The notes: generated by a model not told the origin, from the letters alone. Shown: positions 17,548 to 29,025, counted from the stretch's first letter. The stretch is DNA of 64,000 bases from Pseudomonadota bacterium (GCA_023416965.1 JAEZGJ010000065.1:4573-68572); one strand, 5' to 3'. Made by a program: numbers and translations.

Positions 17548-18299
17548 TCAGGCGATGGGAAGGCGATTGTGGGTGACGACGGTGCGCACGCCGGCCGGTA
17601 CGGGCGGCGGCATGCCCTCCGCCGGGCGGTTGGCGGCGCGCAGCTTGGCGCCGAGCGCGTCCTTGCCGCAGGCGGCCGTCGCCGCACCCGGGCCGAAGGT
17701 GACCTCCTCCTCCTGCCAGACGGCGTCGAGGGCCTCGAGATCGTCGGCCTCGATGCCGTCGTCGGCGACGATGGCGGCCATGTCCTCCGCCTTCGGCCGC
17801 GCCTTCGACAGCGCCACCATGGTGCGGAACAGCCCGGCATAGGGCGAGGAGCGCTTCTCCAGGCGCTGCGCCAGCGTGATGAGGATGTGGACGGTCTCGC
17901 CGAGCAGGGAGACCGCCTCGCCGGCCGGGCGCAACGACAGATATTCGAGGAAGGCCGGGATGTAGTCCGGCAGTTCGCTGGTGTTGAGGTCGAAACCCGC
18001 CTCCTCGTAGAGCCGCTTGAGGTCGACCATGGCCTGGCCGCGGTCGCGGCTCTCGCCGTGCACGTGCTCGAACAGGTGCAGCGAGAGCGAGCGGGTGCGG
18101 TCGAACAGGAACACGTAGCGCTCCTGCTGGTCCATGATGTCGCCGTCCGCCAGATCGGTGACCAGCGGCTCGATCAGCCTGAGCGACGATGCGGGAACCA
18201 GCCCCTCCTTCGCCAGCACCGCCCGCATGGCGGGAATGGCGGCGATCATCTCCTGTACGGGATATGCGGCGAGCGCCGAGAGAACCTTGAACGTCTTCA

Positions 18300-18300
<1 letters not shown>
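17548..18300 (-). CDS. narJ: Nitrate reductase molybdenum cofactor assembly chaperone
   Basis: ATG 18300-18298 overlaps the narH stop. Contains YVFLFDRTRSLSLHLFEHVHGESRDRGQAMVDL ... ELPDYIPAFLEYL, typical of NarJ. Confidence 0.9.
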
Positions 18301-19817
<1,517 letters not shown>

Positions 19818-19831
19818 CTGGGTTCTCCTGT

Positions 19832-22800
19832 TCACTCGGCCGCGACGGCCGGGGCCGCGCCTTGGCGCGCCTTGGCCTCGTCGAAGGGGCGTTCGAGCCA
19901 GTCGACGTTCGCGAGCTTGCGGACGATGACGAATTCGTCGCGGTTGGTGCCGATGGTGCCGTAGTAGTTGAAGCCGTAGGCGAGCTGGGCATAGCCGCCG
20001 ATCATGTGCGTCGGCTTGAGCACCGCCCTCGTCACCGAGTTGTGGATGCCGCCGCGGTTGCCGGTGGTCTCGGACCCCGGCACGTTCACGATCTTCTCCT
20101 GGGCGTGGTACATGAACACCGTACCGGTCTTCATGCGCTGCGAGACCACGGCCCGGGCGACGAGGGCGCCGTTGGCGTTGAAGGCCTCTATCCAGTCGTT
20201 GTCGACGATGCCCGCCGAGGCGGCGTCCTCCTCCGACAGCCAGACGATCGGGCCGCCGCGGGAGAGCGTCAGCATCATCAGGTTGTCGGTATAGGTGGAG
20301 TGGATGCCCCACTTCTGGTGCGGGGTGATGAAGTTGAGCACCACCTGCTTCTGGCCGTTCGGCTTGAGGCCGATGACCGGCTTGGTCGCCTTGAGGTCGA
20401 CCGGCGGCCGGTAGACGCAGAGCGCCTCCCCGAACGCCCGCATCCACAGGTGGTCCTGGTAGAGCTGCTGCCGCCCCGACAGGGTGCGCCACGGGATCAG
20501 TTCGTGGACGTTGGTATAGCCGGCATTGTAGCAGACCTTCTCGCTCTCCAGGCCCGACCAGATCGGCGAGGAAATGATCTTGCGCGGCTGGGCGACCACG
20601 TCGCGGAAGCGGATCTTCTCGTCCTCCTTAGGTGTCGCGAGATGGGTGTGGTCGAGACCGGTGAAGCCGCCGAGCGAGGTCCAGGCCTTCACCGCCACCT
20701 CGCCATTGGTCTCCGGCGCCATCATCAGGATGACCTCCGTGGCGTCGATGTCGGTCTCGATCTTCGCCAGGCCCTTCGTCGGCCCGTCGCGATGTTCGCC
20801 GTTCAGCTCCTTCAGGAGCTGGACCTCGTGCTCGGTGTTCCAGGCCATGCCCTTGCCGCCATTGCCGACCTTGGCCATGAGCGGACCGAGCGAGGTGAAG
20901 CGGGCGTAGAGGTTCGGATAGTCGCGCTCGACCACCGTCACGGCCGGCATGGTCCTGCCGGGGATCGGCTCGATCTCGCCCTTCTTCCAGTCCTTCACGT
21001 CGAAGGGCTGGGCAATCTCGCCGGGGCTGTCGTGCATGATCGGCGTCAGCACGACGTCCTTCTCGACGCCGAGCACCTCGGGCGCGACCCGTGAGAAGGT
21101 CCTGGCGATGCCCTTGTAGATCTCCCAGTCCGACCTGGACTCCCAGACCGGGTCCACCGCCGCGGTGAGCGGGTGGATGAAGGGGTGCATGTCGGAGGTG
21201 TTGAGGTCGTTCTTCTCGTACCAGGTCGCGGTGGGCAGCACGATGTCGGAATAGACGCAGGTCGTGGACATGCGGAAGTCGAGGGTGACGAGCAGGTCGA
21301 GCTTTCCTTCCGGCGCCTCCTCGTGCCACTTCACCTCCTTCGGCTTCTTGCCGCCGAAGCCGCCGAGATCCTTGCCGAGCACGCCGTGGGTGGTGCCGAG
21401 CAGGTGCTTGAGGAAGTACTCGTGGCCCTTGCCGGAGGATCCCAGCAGGTTGGAGCGCCAGACGAAGAGATTGCGCGGCCAGTTTCGCCGGTTGTCCGGG
21501 TCCTCCCAGGCGAAGTTGAGCTCGCCGGTCTTCACCGCCTTCGCGACATAGTCCTTCACCTCCAGCCCGGCGGCCTCGGCCTTGGCCGCGATCTCCAGCG
21601 AGTTCTCCTGCAGGGTCGGGTAGGCCGGCAGCCAGCCCATGCGCACGGCGCGCACGTTGTAGTCGATGATGGCGCCGTCCCAGTCGCCCTTCGGCGCGGT
21701 CGGCGACAGGATCTCGTCGGGCGAGACGGTCTCGTAGCGCCACTGGTCGGTGTTGACGTAGAAGGCCGAGGTCGAGTTCTGCTGGCGCGGCGGGCGCGCC
21801 CAGTCGAGGGCGAAGGCGAGCGGCGCCCAGCCCGATTGCGGCCGGAGCTTCTCCTGGCCGACATAATGCGACCAGCCGCCGCCGGACTGGCCGATGCAGC
21901 CGCACATGACCAGCATGTTGATGACGCCGCGGTAGTTCATGTCGGCGTGGTACCAGTGGTTCATCGCCGCGCCGATGATCACCATGGACCGGCCGCGGGT
22001 CTTCTCGGCGTTGCGGGCGAACTCGCGCGCCACCGTGATGATCTGGTCGCGCGGCACGCCGGTGATGCTCTCGGCCCAGGCCGGGGTGTAGGGACCGGTC
22101 TCGTCGTAGGAGGCGGGCGTGCTGTCGCCGACATAGCCGCGGTCGACGCCGTAATTGGCGAGCATGAGATCGTGGACGGTCGCCACCAGCGCCTCGCCGT
22201 CGGCGAGGGTGACGCGCTTCACCGGCACCTTGCGGGTGAGGATGGACTCATCCGTCGTCGAGGCGAAATGCTCGTGCGGAATGTTGCCGAAATAGGGGAA
22301 GGCGACGTCGGCGAATGCGCGGCCGGGGCCGTCGAGGGTGAGGCGGAGCCGCGTGGCATGGCCGCTGGAATCCTTCTCCTCCAGGTTCCACTTGCCCTTC
22401 TCGCCCCAGCGGAAGCCGACCGAGCCGTGCGGCACGCAGATCTCGCCGGTCGCCTCGTCGATGGCGACCGTCTTCCATTCGGGATTGTTGGTCTCGCCGA
22501 GCGCGCCCTGGAAGTCGGAGGCGCGGAGCTGGCGCTCGGGGACGAGGCGGCCGTCCTGCTCGACGAGGCGGACCAGCATCGGCATGTCCGAGTACTGGCG
22601 GACATAGTCGTGGAAATAGGCGGCCTGCCGCTCGACGTAGAACTCCTTGAGGATGACGTGGCCCATGGCCATGGCCAGCGCCGCGTCGGTGCCCTGCTTC
22701 ACGGAGATCCACAGGTCGGCGAACTTGGACGCTTCCGAATAGTCGGGGCAGATGACCACCGACTTGGCGCCCCGATAGCGCGCCTCGGTGTAGAAGTGCG

Positions 22801-23590
22801 CGTCCGGCGTGCGGGTCTGCGGGACGTTGGAGCCCCACAGGATGAGGAAGCCGGAATTGTACCAGTCGGCCGATTCCGGCACGTCCGTCTGCTCGCCCCA
22901 GGTCTGCGGCGATGCCGGCGGCAGGTCGCAGTACCAGTCGTAGAAGGACATGCAGACGCCGCCGAGCAGCGACAGGTAGCGCGAGCCGGCCGCGTAGGAG
23001 ACCATCGACATGGCCGGGATCGGCGAGAAGCCGTAGATGCGGTCGGGCCCGTAGGTCTTGGCCGTATAGGCGTTGGCGGCGGCAACGATCTCGTTGGTCT
23101 CGTCCCAGCTCGAGCGCACGAAGCCGCCATGGCCGCGCTTGGAGGTGTAGCTCTTCCGCTTCTCGGGGTTCTCGACGATGGAGGCCCAGGCCGCCACCGG
23201 CGTCATGGTGGCCCGCGCCTCGCGCCAGAGCTTGGCGAGCCGCGAGCGGACCATCGGGTACTTCACCCGGTTGCCGGAATAGAGGTACCAGGAATAGGAG
23301 GCGCCGCGCGAACAGCCGCGGGGCTCGTGGTTGGGCAGTTCCGGCCGCGTACGCGGATAGTCGGTCTGCTGCGTCTCCCAGGTGACGATCCCGCCCTTGA
23401 CGTAGATCTTCCAGGAGCAGGAGCCGGTGCAGTTCGCCCCGTGGGTGGAGCGGACGATCTTGTCGGACTGCCAGCGCTTGCGATAGCCGTCCTCCCAGCC
23501 GCGGTCCTCGCTGGTGGTGATGCCGTGGCCCCCGGAGAAGGAGCCCTGCGGGCGGCTGAAGAAGCTCAGTCGATCGAGAAAATGCGACAT
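19832..23590 (-). CDS. narG: Respiratory nitrate reductase alpha subunit (Mo-bisMGD)
   Basis: 1252-aa ORF beginning MSHFLDRLSFFSR..., with FS0 cluster motif HGANCTGSCSWKIY. The length and motifs are diagnostic of NarG. Confidence 0.95.
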   Translation of the reverse strand: MSHFLDRLSFFSRPQGSFSGGHGITTSEDRGWEDGYRKRWQSDKIVRSTHGANCTGSCSWKIYVKGGIVTWETQQTDYPRTRPELPNHEPRGCSRGASYSWYLYSGNRVKYPMVRSRLAKLWREARATMTPVAAWASIVENPEKRKSYTSKRGHGGFVRSSWDETNEIVAAANAYTAKTYGPDRIYGFSPIPAMSMVSYAAGSRYLSLLGGVCMSFYDWYCDLPPASPQTWGEQTDVPESADWYNSGFLILWGSNVPQTRTPDAHFYTEARYRGAKSVVICPDYSEASKFADLWISVKQGTDAALAMAMGHVILKEFYVERQAAYFHDYVRQYSDMPMLVRLVEQDGRLVPERQLRASDFQGALGETNNPEWKTVAIDEATGEICVPHGSVGFRWGEKGKWNLEEKDSSGHATRLRLTLDGPGRAFADVAFPYFGNIPHEHFASTTDESILTRKVPVKRVTLADGEALVATVHDLMLANYGVDRGYVGDSTPASYDETGPYTPAWAESITGVPRDQIITVAREFARNAEKTRGRSMVIIGAAMNHWYHADMNYRGVINMLVMCGCIGQSGGGWSHYVGQEKLRPQSGWAPLAFALDWARPPRQQNSTSAFYVNTDQWRYETVSPDEILSPTAPKGDWDGAIIDYNVRAVRMGWLPAYPTLQENSLEIAAKAEAAGLEVKDYVAKAVKTGELNFAWEDPDNRRNWPRNLFVWRSNLLGSSGKGHEYFLKHLLGTTHGVLGKDLGGFGGKKPKEVKWHEEAPEGKLDLLVTLDFRMSTTCVYSDIVLPTATWYEKNDLNTSDMHPFIHPLTAAVDPVWESRSDWEIYKGIARTFSRVAPEVLGVEKDVVLTPIMHDSPGEIAQPFDVKDWKKGEIEPIPGRTMPAVTVVERDYPNLYARFTSLGPLMAKVGNGGKGMAWNTEHEVQLLKELNGEHRDGPTKGLAKIETDIDATEVILMMAPETNGEVAVKAWTSLGGFTGLDHTHLATPKEDEKIRFRDVVAQPRKIISSPIWSGLESEKVCYNAGYTNVHELIPWRTLSGRQQLYQDHLWMRAFGEALCVYRPPVDLKATKPVIGLKPNGQKQVVLNFITPHQKWGIHSTYTDNLMMLTLSRGGPIVWLSEEDAASAGIVDNDWIEAFNANGALVARAVVSQRMKTGTVFMYHAQEKIVNVPGSETTGNRGGIHNSVTRAVLKPTHMIGGYAQLAYGFNYYGTIGTNRDEFVIVRKLANVDWLERPFDEAKARQGAAPAVAAE

Positions 23591-23607
23591 GGCCGGGTCT
23601 CCGGGAC

Positions 23608-26355
23608 TTACTGCGCGGGCTGAAGGAGGGGAGCGGGGTCACGGCGCCGTTCGACGTCGTGGAGGACGCCGCCCTTGCGCGTGTAGACCGCCCAGGTGAT
23701 GGCGATGCAGGTGAGGTAGAAGGCGAAGAAGGCCCACAGCGCGCCGTTGACCGCGCCGGTCATGGCGATGGAGGTGCCGTAGGCCTTGGGGATGAAGAAG
23801 CCGCCATAGGCGCCGATGGCCGAGGAGAAGCCGATGATCGCGGCCGCCTCCATCTCCGCCTGACGGGCGCGGGTCGGCTCGTCCACTCCCGGCATCAGCC
23901 GCGCCATGTCCTTGCGCATGATCGCGGGGATCATCTGGAAGGTGGAGGCATTGCCGATGCCGGTCAGGCAGAACAGCGCCATGAAGCTGGCGAAGAAGCC
24001 GAGGAAGGCGCCGGGCTGGTCCTTGATGGTGATGAAGTAGAGCACCGACAGGACCGCCACCGCCATGCCGGCGAAGACCCACAGGGTCACCCGGCCGCCA
24101 CCCCACCGGTCCGAGACCCAGCCGGTGAGCGAGCGCGACATGGCGCCGACCAGCGGTCCGAGGAAGGCGAGCTGCAGGGCGTTGACGTCCGGGAACAGCG
24201 TCTTGGTCAGCAGCGGGAAGCCGGCGGAATAGCCGATGAAGGAACCGAAGGTGCCGACATAGAGCCAGCACATGATCCAGTTGTGCCGGCGCTGGAAGAT
24301 GACGGCCTGCTGAGCGAAGGAAGCCTTCATGCTGGCGAGATCGTCCATGCCGAACCAGGCGGCGATGGCCGAGGCGGCGATGAAGGGAACCCAGATGTAG
24401 CCGGCGTTCTGCAGGAACAGCCGCTCGCCGGTGGACGCCAACTGGGCCTCGCCGCCGAGGGCGCCGAAGACGCCCGCGGTGATCACCAGCGGCACCACGA
24501 ACTGCACGACGGAGACGCCGAGATTGCCGAGACCCGCGTTCAGAGCCAGCGCATTGCCCTTCTCGGCCTTCGGGAAGAAGAAGGCGATATTGGCCATGGA
24601 CGAGGCGAAATTGGCGCCGCCGAAGCCGCAGAGCAGCGCGAGGGCGAGGAAGATGACGTAGGGGGTGGACGGGTTCTGCACCGCGAGGCCGATGCCCACC
24701 GCCGGGATCATCAGCGACCAGGTGGCGAGCGTCGTCCACAACCGTCCGCCGAAGATCGGAGGCATGAAGCCGTAGACGATGCGCATGGTGGCGCCCGACA
24801 GGGCCGGCAGGGCCGCGAGCCAGAACAGCTGGTCGGTGGTGAAGCGGAAACCGACAGCCGGCAGCTTGGCGACCACCACCGACCAGACCATCCAGACCGC
24901 GAAGGCGAGCAGGAGGTTGGGGATGGAGATCCACAGGTTGCGGCGGGCGACCGCCCTGCCCTTCGCGGCCCAGTAGGCCGGGTCCTCGGGCGACCAGTCC
25001 TGGATGGCGCCGGAGGCGGCGAGCACGCCCTGCTGGGCCTTGCCGTGCACCGGCTGCATCTCGGGGAGTTCCGGCAGGCTGGCCCGCGGCACCCCCTGCT
25101 CGCGCGCCTCGCGCTCCATCGCCATGATGGCGAAGTGCATCCAGACGAGCGCCACGGCGGCGATCAGGAAGAGCAGCCAGAAGCAGCTCTGCCAGACGCC
25201 GGTGAGGTCGTTGAGCAGGCCGAAGACGATCGGCAGGACGAAGCCGCCGAGGCCGCCGATGAGACCGACAATGCCGCCGACCGGGCCGACGCGGTTGGGA
25301 TAGTAGACGGGGATGTGCTTGTAGACCGCCGCCTTGCCGAGGCTCATGAAGAAGCCGAGCACGAAGGCGATGACGATGAAGGCGACGAGGCCGATCTCGA
25401 GGTGGAAGGTGACGGTGCCGGTGGTGGTGCGCACCACATAGTCGGCCGGCGGATAGGACAGGAGGAAGGTGCAGACCACCGAGACCATGAAGGTCCAGTA
25501 CATGACGGTGCGCGCGCCGAACTTGTCGGAGAGGTGGCCGCCATAGGCGCGGAAGATCGAGGCCGGGACCGAATAGGCGGCCCCCACCATGCCGGCGGTG
25601 GCGATGTCGAGGCCATAGACGCCGATGAGATAGCGAGGCAGCCACAGCGCCAGCGCGACGAAGGCGCCGAAGACGAAGAAGTAGTAAAGGGCGAAGCGCC
25701 AGACCTGGACGTTCTTCAGCGGCTCGAGCAGGGCCGAGATCGGCTCGGGCTTGAGGCCGAGGGAGCGGCGGCGCGCGAGGTCCGGGTCGTCCTTCGTGCC
25801 GAGCCAGAACACGACGGTCATGACCGCGAGCGCGAGAGCCCAGATCACGGCGACGGTCCGCCAGCCATAGGCGATCATGACGAAGGGCGCGGCGAACTTG
25901 GTGACGGCGGCGCCGACATTGCCGGCGCCAAAAATCCCCAGCGCCGTCCCCTGCTTCTCCTTCGGGTACCACTTCGACACATAGGTGACGCCGACGGCGA
26001 AGGAGCCGCCGGCGATGCCGACGCCGAGGGCGGCGAGAAGGAAGGTCGGGTAGTCGTAGGCGAAGGTCAGCAGCAGCGTTGCCACCGCGGCAGCCAGCAT
26101 GGTCGCCGCATAGACGATGCGGCCGCCATACTGGTCGGCCCAGATGCCGAGGATCAGGCGGATGAGCGATCCGGTCAGGATCGGCGTGCCGACGAGGAGA
26201 CCGAACTGGGTCTCGGTGAGCCCCAGGTCGCGTTTGATCTGGACGCCGATGATCGAAAAGATCGTCCAGACAGCGAAGCAGAGCGTGAAGGCGAGGGTCG
26301 ACAGCCAGAGCGCGCGGCTCTGGTCGGACCTGGACGGGGCTGACGGGATCGTCAT
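23608..26355 (-). CDS. narK: Fused two-domain nitrate/nitrite MFS transporter (NarK1-NarK2-type fusion, about 24 TM)
   Basis: Two tandem MFS halves joined by a hydrophilic linker (MEREAREQGVPRASLPELPEMQPVHGKAQQ). I prefer ATG 26355 over GTG 26406, because an FNR box centred at 26439.5 would put the transcription start near 26398. Confidence 0.9.
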   Translation of the reverse strand: MTIPSAPSRSDQSRALWLSTLAFTLCFAVWTIFSIIGVQIKRDLGLTETQFGLLVGTPILTGSLIRLILGIWADQYGGRIVYAATMLAAAVATLLLTFAYDYPTFLLAALGVGIAGGSFAVGVTYVSKWYPKEKQGTALGIFGAGNVGAAVTKFAAPFVMIAYGWRTVAVIWALALAVMTVVFWLGTKDDPDLARRRSLGLKPEPISALLEPLKNVQVWRFALYYFFVFGAFVALALWLPRYLIGVYGLDIATAGMVGAAYSVPASIFRAYGGHLSDKFGARTVMYWTFMVSVVCTFLLSYPPADYVVRTTTGTVTFHLEIGLVAFIVIAFVLGFFMSLGKAAVYKHIPVYYPNRVGPVGGIVGLIGGLGGFVLPIVFGLLNDLTGVWQSCFWLLFLIAAVALVWMHFAIMAMEREAREQGVPRASLPELPEMQPVHGKAQQGVLAASGAIQDWSPEDPAYWAAKGRAVARRNLWISIPNLLLAFAVWMVWSVVVAKLPAVGFRFTTDQLFWLAALPALSGATMRIVYGFMPPIFGGRLWTTLATWSLMIPAVGIGLAVQNPSTPYVIFLALALLCGFGGANFASSMANIAFFFPKAEKGNALALNAGLGNLGVSVVQFVVPLVITAGVFGALGGEAQLASTGERLFLQNAGYIWVPFIAASAIAAWFGMDDLASMKASFAQQAVIFQRRHNWIMCWLYVGTFGSFIGYSAGFPLLTKTLFPDVNALQLAFLGPLVGAMSRSLTGWVSDRWGGGRVTLWVFAGMAVAVLSVLYFITIKDQPGAFLGFFASFMALFCLTGIGNASTFQMIPAIMRKDMARLMPGVDEPTRARQAEMEAAAIIGFSSAIGAYGGFFIPKAYGTSIAMTGAVNGALWAFFAFYLTCIAITWAVYTRKGGVLHDVERRRDPAPLLQPAQ

Positions 26356-26432
26356 GACGGAAGCCTTGGGTGGCTGTGGCTGCGAGGCCGCGAGGAACGG
26401 CGTCACCCAAGGCGAAAGCGCGTCAATCTGTA

Positions 26433-26446
26433 TTGATTGAAATCAA
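26433..26446. promoter_or_regulatory. Perfect FNR/Crp-family box TTGAT-N4-ATCAA upstream of narK
   Basis: TTGATTGAAATCAA, centred about 84 nt upstream of the narK ATG in an AT-rich intergenic region. Confidence 0.75.
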
Positions 26447-26524
26447 CCGTCCTGCCCGCATCTTCAATAAAGCGACAGTATTGATGCGTCGCACACCCCG
26501 ATTTGATAGAAATATCGCGGGGTA

Positions 26525-26538
26525 TTGATTAATATCGT
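26525..26538. promoter_or_regulatory. Near-consensus FNR-type box TTGAT-N4-ATCGT
   Basis: TTGATTAATATCGT, about 30-40 nt upstream of the regulator gene start. Confidence 0.45.
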
Positions 26539-26546
26539 CTTCTAGT

Positions 26547-26560
26547 TTGACATTTGTCAA
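26547..26560. promoter_or_regulatory. Perfect palindrome TTGAC-N4-GTCAA immediately upstream of the Crp/Fnr regulator start (possible autoregulatory site)
   Basis: TTGACATTTGTCAA ends 7 nt before ATG 26567. Confidence 0.55.
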
Positions 26561-26566
26561 TTTCTA

Positions 26567-27289
26567 ATGCAGAGGATGGTGGCGGAGATCCCGACATTGC
26601 GCGCCGAAGACACCCAGACCGTCCGGTCCCTGCCGCTCTTCTCCGACATCAGCGAGTCGCAATTCGGCGCGCTGATGGGCGCGGCCTTCCTGCAGCGTTT
26701 CCCCGCGCAGACCCAGCTCATCCACGAGGGCGACCAGGCCGATTTCCTGCATGTGATCGTGGAAGGGATGGTGGAGATGTTCTCCACCAGCGACGGCGAG
26801 GAGACGACCATCGGCTTCCTCGAGCCGGTCTCCACCTTCATCCTGGCGGCGGTCCTGGTGGAGAAGGTCTATCTGCAATCGGCGCGCACGCTGGAGCCAT
26901 CGCGCATCCTGATGATCCCGGCCCCGGCGATCCGCGACGTCTTCGCCCGCGACCCCGCCTTCGCCGGCTCGGTCGTGCGCGAACTCGCCGAGCGCTACCG
27001 CGAGGTGGTGCGCCAGTTGAAGAGCCAGAAGATGCGTTCGGGGCTGGAACGCCTCGCCGCCTGGCTGCTCGCCCGCGGAACCCGCCGCGGCGACACCATC
27101 GAGGTGCGCATTCCCTTCGAGAAGGCCAAGCTCGCCAGCTTCCTCGGCATGACCCGCGAAAGTCTGTCGCGCAGTTTCGCGGCTCTCGCCGATCACGGCG
27201 TGACCGTCAGGGGCCGCGTGATCACCTGCCACAGGCCCGAGACCCTGGCGCGGCTCGCCCGGACCGACGGCGGGCCGGACACGCTCTGA
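26567..27289 (+). CDS. Crp/Fnr-family transcriptional regulator lacking the N-terminal Cys cluster (NarR/Dnr/NnrR-like)
   Basis: cNMP-binding-like fold (LPLFSDISESQFGALMGAAFLQRFPAQTQLIHEGD) and C-terminal HTH (LASFLGMTRESLSRSFAALADHGV). No FNR-type Cys motif. Divergent from narK. The start could also be ATG 26576. Confidence 0.85.
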   Translation: MQRMVAEIPTLRAEDTQTVRSLPLFSDISESQFGALMGAAFLQRFPAQTQLIHEGDQADFLHVIVEGMVEMFSTSDGEETTIGFLEPVSTFILAAVLVEKVYLQSARTLEPSRILMIPAPAIRDVFARDPAFAGSVVRELAERYREVVRQLKSQKMRSGLERLAAWLLARGTRRGDTIEVRIPFEKAKLASFLGMTRESLSRSFAALADHGVTVRGRVITCHRPETLARLARTDGGPDTL

Positions 27290-27345
27290 GGCCCCTGCCC
27301 TCCGCGCCACCAGCGCACAGGCGCGACCCCAACCGCACCACCATC

Positions 27346-27374
27346 TTGACGTACCTTCGGCTTGCCATGATACT
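27346..27374 (+). promoter_or_regulatory. Sigma70-like promoter candidate TTGACG-N17-GATACT overlapping the annotated ArsR start
   Basis: -35 element at 27346-27351, -10 element at 27369-27374. The second in-frame ATG (27382) lies 7 nt downstream of the -10, which would be consistent with a leaderless transcript. Confidence 0.3.
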
Positions 27375-27729
27375 TAAGCAAATGCTTCAGTATCAGCCGC
27401 ACCCCCTCGATCGTGCCTTCCACGCCCTCTGTGATCCCGCGCGTCGGGCCATGGTGGAACGCTTGAGCATCGGCCCAGCTTCGGTCAGCGACCTCGCGAG
27501 GCCGCTGCCCATGACCCTGTCGGCGGTGGTCCAGCACCTGAAGGTCCTTGAGGAGGCCGGTCTCGTGAGGAGCGCGAAGGTCGGCCGCGTCCGGACCTGT
27601 TCACTCGACATCGGCGCGATGGACCGCGTCGAGACCTGGATCGCCGAGAGAAAGCGGTTCTGGGAACGCCAGTACGACCAGCTCGAAGCCTATCTTGCCA
27701 GGACCGCCGCGGAGAACAGCGACCCATGA
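27367..27729 (+). CDS. ArsR/SmtB-family transcriptional regulator
   Basis: HALCDPARRAMVERLSIGPASVSDLARPLPMTLSAVVQHLKVLEEAGLV forms a winged HTH. The alternative start is ATG 27382. Confidence 0.85.
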   Translation: MILKQMLQYQPHPLDRAFHALCDPARRAMVERLSIGPASVSDLARPLPMTLSAVVQHLKVLEEAGLVRSAKVGRVRTCSLDIGAMDRVETWIAERKRFWERQYDQLEAYLARTAAENSDP

Positions 27730-28199
27730 CCATCACCAATGCCAGCTTCACCATCGAACGGGTGCTGAACGCGTCGCCGGCCCGCGTCTTTGCGGCCTAT
27801 ACAACGATCGAGGCGAAGAGCGCCTGGTTCAGGGCCCCGGCGGATATCGAGACCCTCGAGCGGCATCTCGACTTCCGCGTCGGCGGCACGGAGCGCTTCC
27901 ACGCCCGCTGGCCGAGCGGCATGGTCACCGACTTCCAGGCGACCTATCACGACATTGTCGAGAACGAGCGGATCATCCTCGTCTACGACCTGTTCCACGA
28001 CCAGAATAAGCTCTCCGTCTCGCTTCTGACGCTGGAGTTCAGGGCCGAGGGCGACAACACCCGCCTCCTGCACACGGAACAGGGCTCCTACCTCGTCGGC
28101 GGCGTCGAAGCAGTCCAGGGCCGCGAGCATGGCACCACCTGGCATATCGACAATCTGGTGGCTGTGATCGAAGGCCGCGAGCCGAGGGCCTTCTCATGA
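27726..28199 (+). CDS. SRPBCC/AHSA1-domain protein
   Basis: ATGA overlap with the arsR gene. Has the typical start FTIERVLNASPARVFAAYT ... WF, as in Aha1-like SRPBCC proteins that commonly follow ArsR genes. Confidence 0.75.
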   Translation: MTITNASFTIERVLNASPARVFAAYTTIEAKSAWFRAPADIETLERHLDFRVGGTERFHARWPSGMVTDFQATYHDIVENERIILVYDLFHDQNKLSVSLLTLEFRAEGDNTRLLHTEQGSYLVGGVEAVQGREHGTTWHIDNLVAVIEGREPRAFS

Positions 28200-28849
28200 C
28201 CATCGAACTCTTCGCCCATCCGTTCTCGTCCTACTGCCAGAAGGCGCTCATCGCCTTCTACGAGAACGACGTGCCCTTCACCTACCGGATGATCGAGGAC
28301 GCGGGGGTCGGCGACGAACTCGCGGCGCTGTGGCCGATGAAGCGCTTTCCCATCCTGCGCGAAAACGGCGAGGTCGTGCTGGAAGCCTCCATCGTCATGG
28401 AATACCTGCAGATCCACCATCCCGGCCCGACGCGGCTGGTCCCGGACGAACCGACGCTTGCCCTGGAGGCGCGGATGCTCGACCGCGTCTTCGACAATTA
28501 TGTCATGACGCCCCAGGGCAAGTTCGTCTTCGACGCGCTGCGGCCGGCGGAACACCGCGACCCCCACGGCGTCGAAGAGGCTCGCAAGATGCTGGAGACC
28601 AGCTATGCTTGGCTCGACGAGCGCATGCGGGGGCGGACCTGGGCGGTGGGGGAGAGCTTCACCCTCGCCGACTGCGCCGCTGCGCCGGCCCTGTTCTACG
28701 CGGACTGGACCCATCCGATCTCCGCGCGTTTCGGGAGCCTCCGCGCCTATCGAACCCGTCTGCTGCAGCGGCCGTCCTTTGCCCGCGCGGTGGAGGAGGC
28801 GCGCCCGTTCCGGCACTATTTTCCTCTCGGAGCGCCTGATCGGGACTAG
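28196..28849 (+). CDS. Glutathione S-transferase family protein
   Basis: ATGA overlap with the upstream gene. Thioredoxin-like N-domain (LFAHPFSSYCQKALIAF ... FPILRENGEVVLEASIVMEYL) plus an alpha-helical C-domain. Confidence 0.85.
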   Translation: MTIELFAHPFSSYCQKALIAFYENDVPFTYRMIEDAGVGDELAALWPMKRFPILRENGEVVLEASIVMEYLQIHHPGPTRLVPDEPTLALEARMLDRVFDNYVMTPQGKFVFDALRPAEHRDPHGVEEARKMLETSYAWLDERMRGRTWAVGESFTLADCAAAPALFYADWTHPISARFGSLRAYRTRLLQRPSFARAVEEARPFRHYFPLGAPDRD

Positions 28850-29025
28850 GATGCGCCCTCACCATGGTGTCGGCCGGAACCGACGAGGGCAACGAGACCA
28901 GATCGGCGTTCCGAGGTCCGCAGGCCCTCCGTTCCGCAGGTGGCGTTCGCAACCCGGCGTCGCGACACGGCGCCGGAGTGGGGTCGCACCCGCGATCCAG
29001 TGCCGTATTCCAGCCGCGCCCGGCT

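Noticed and set aside
23639-26410. Two further stop-free frames of about 900 aa over narK (923 aa on the same strand; 894 aa at 23659..26343 on the opposite strand)
   Set aside because: Their translations are dominated by R/G/P/A/D runs with no TM pattern or motifs. Only the 23608..26355 frame gives a 2x12-TM MFS protein. This is a GC-bias artefact, not overlapping genes.
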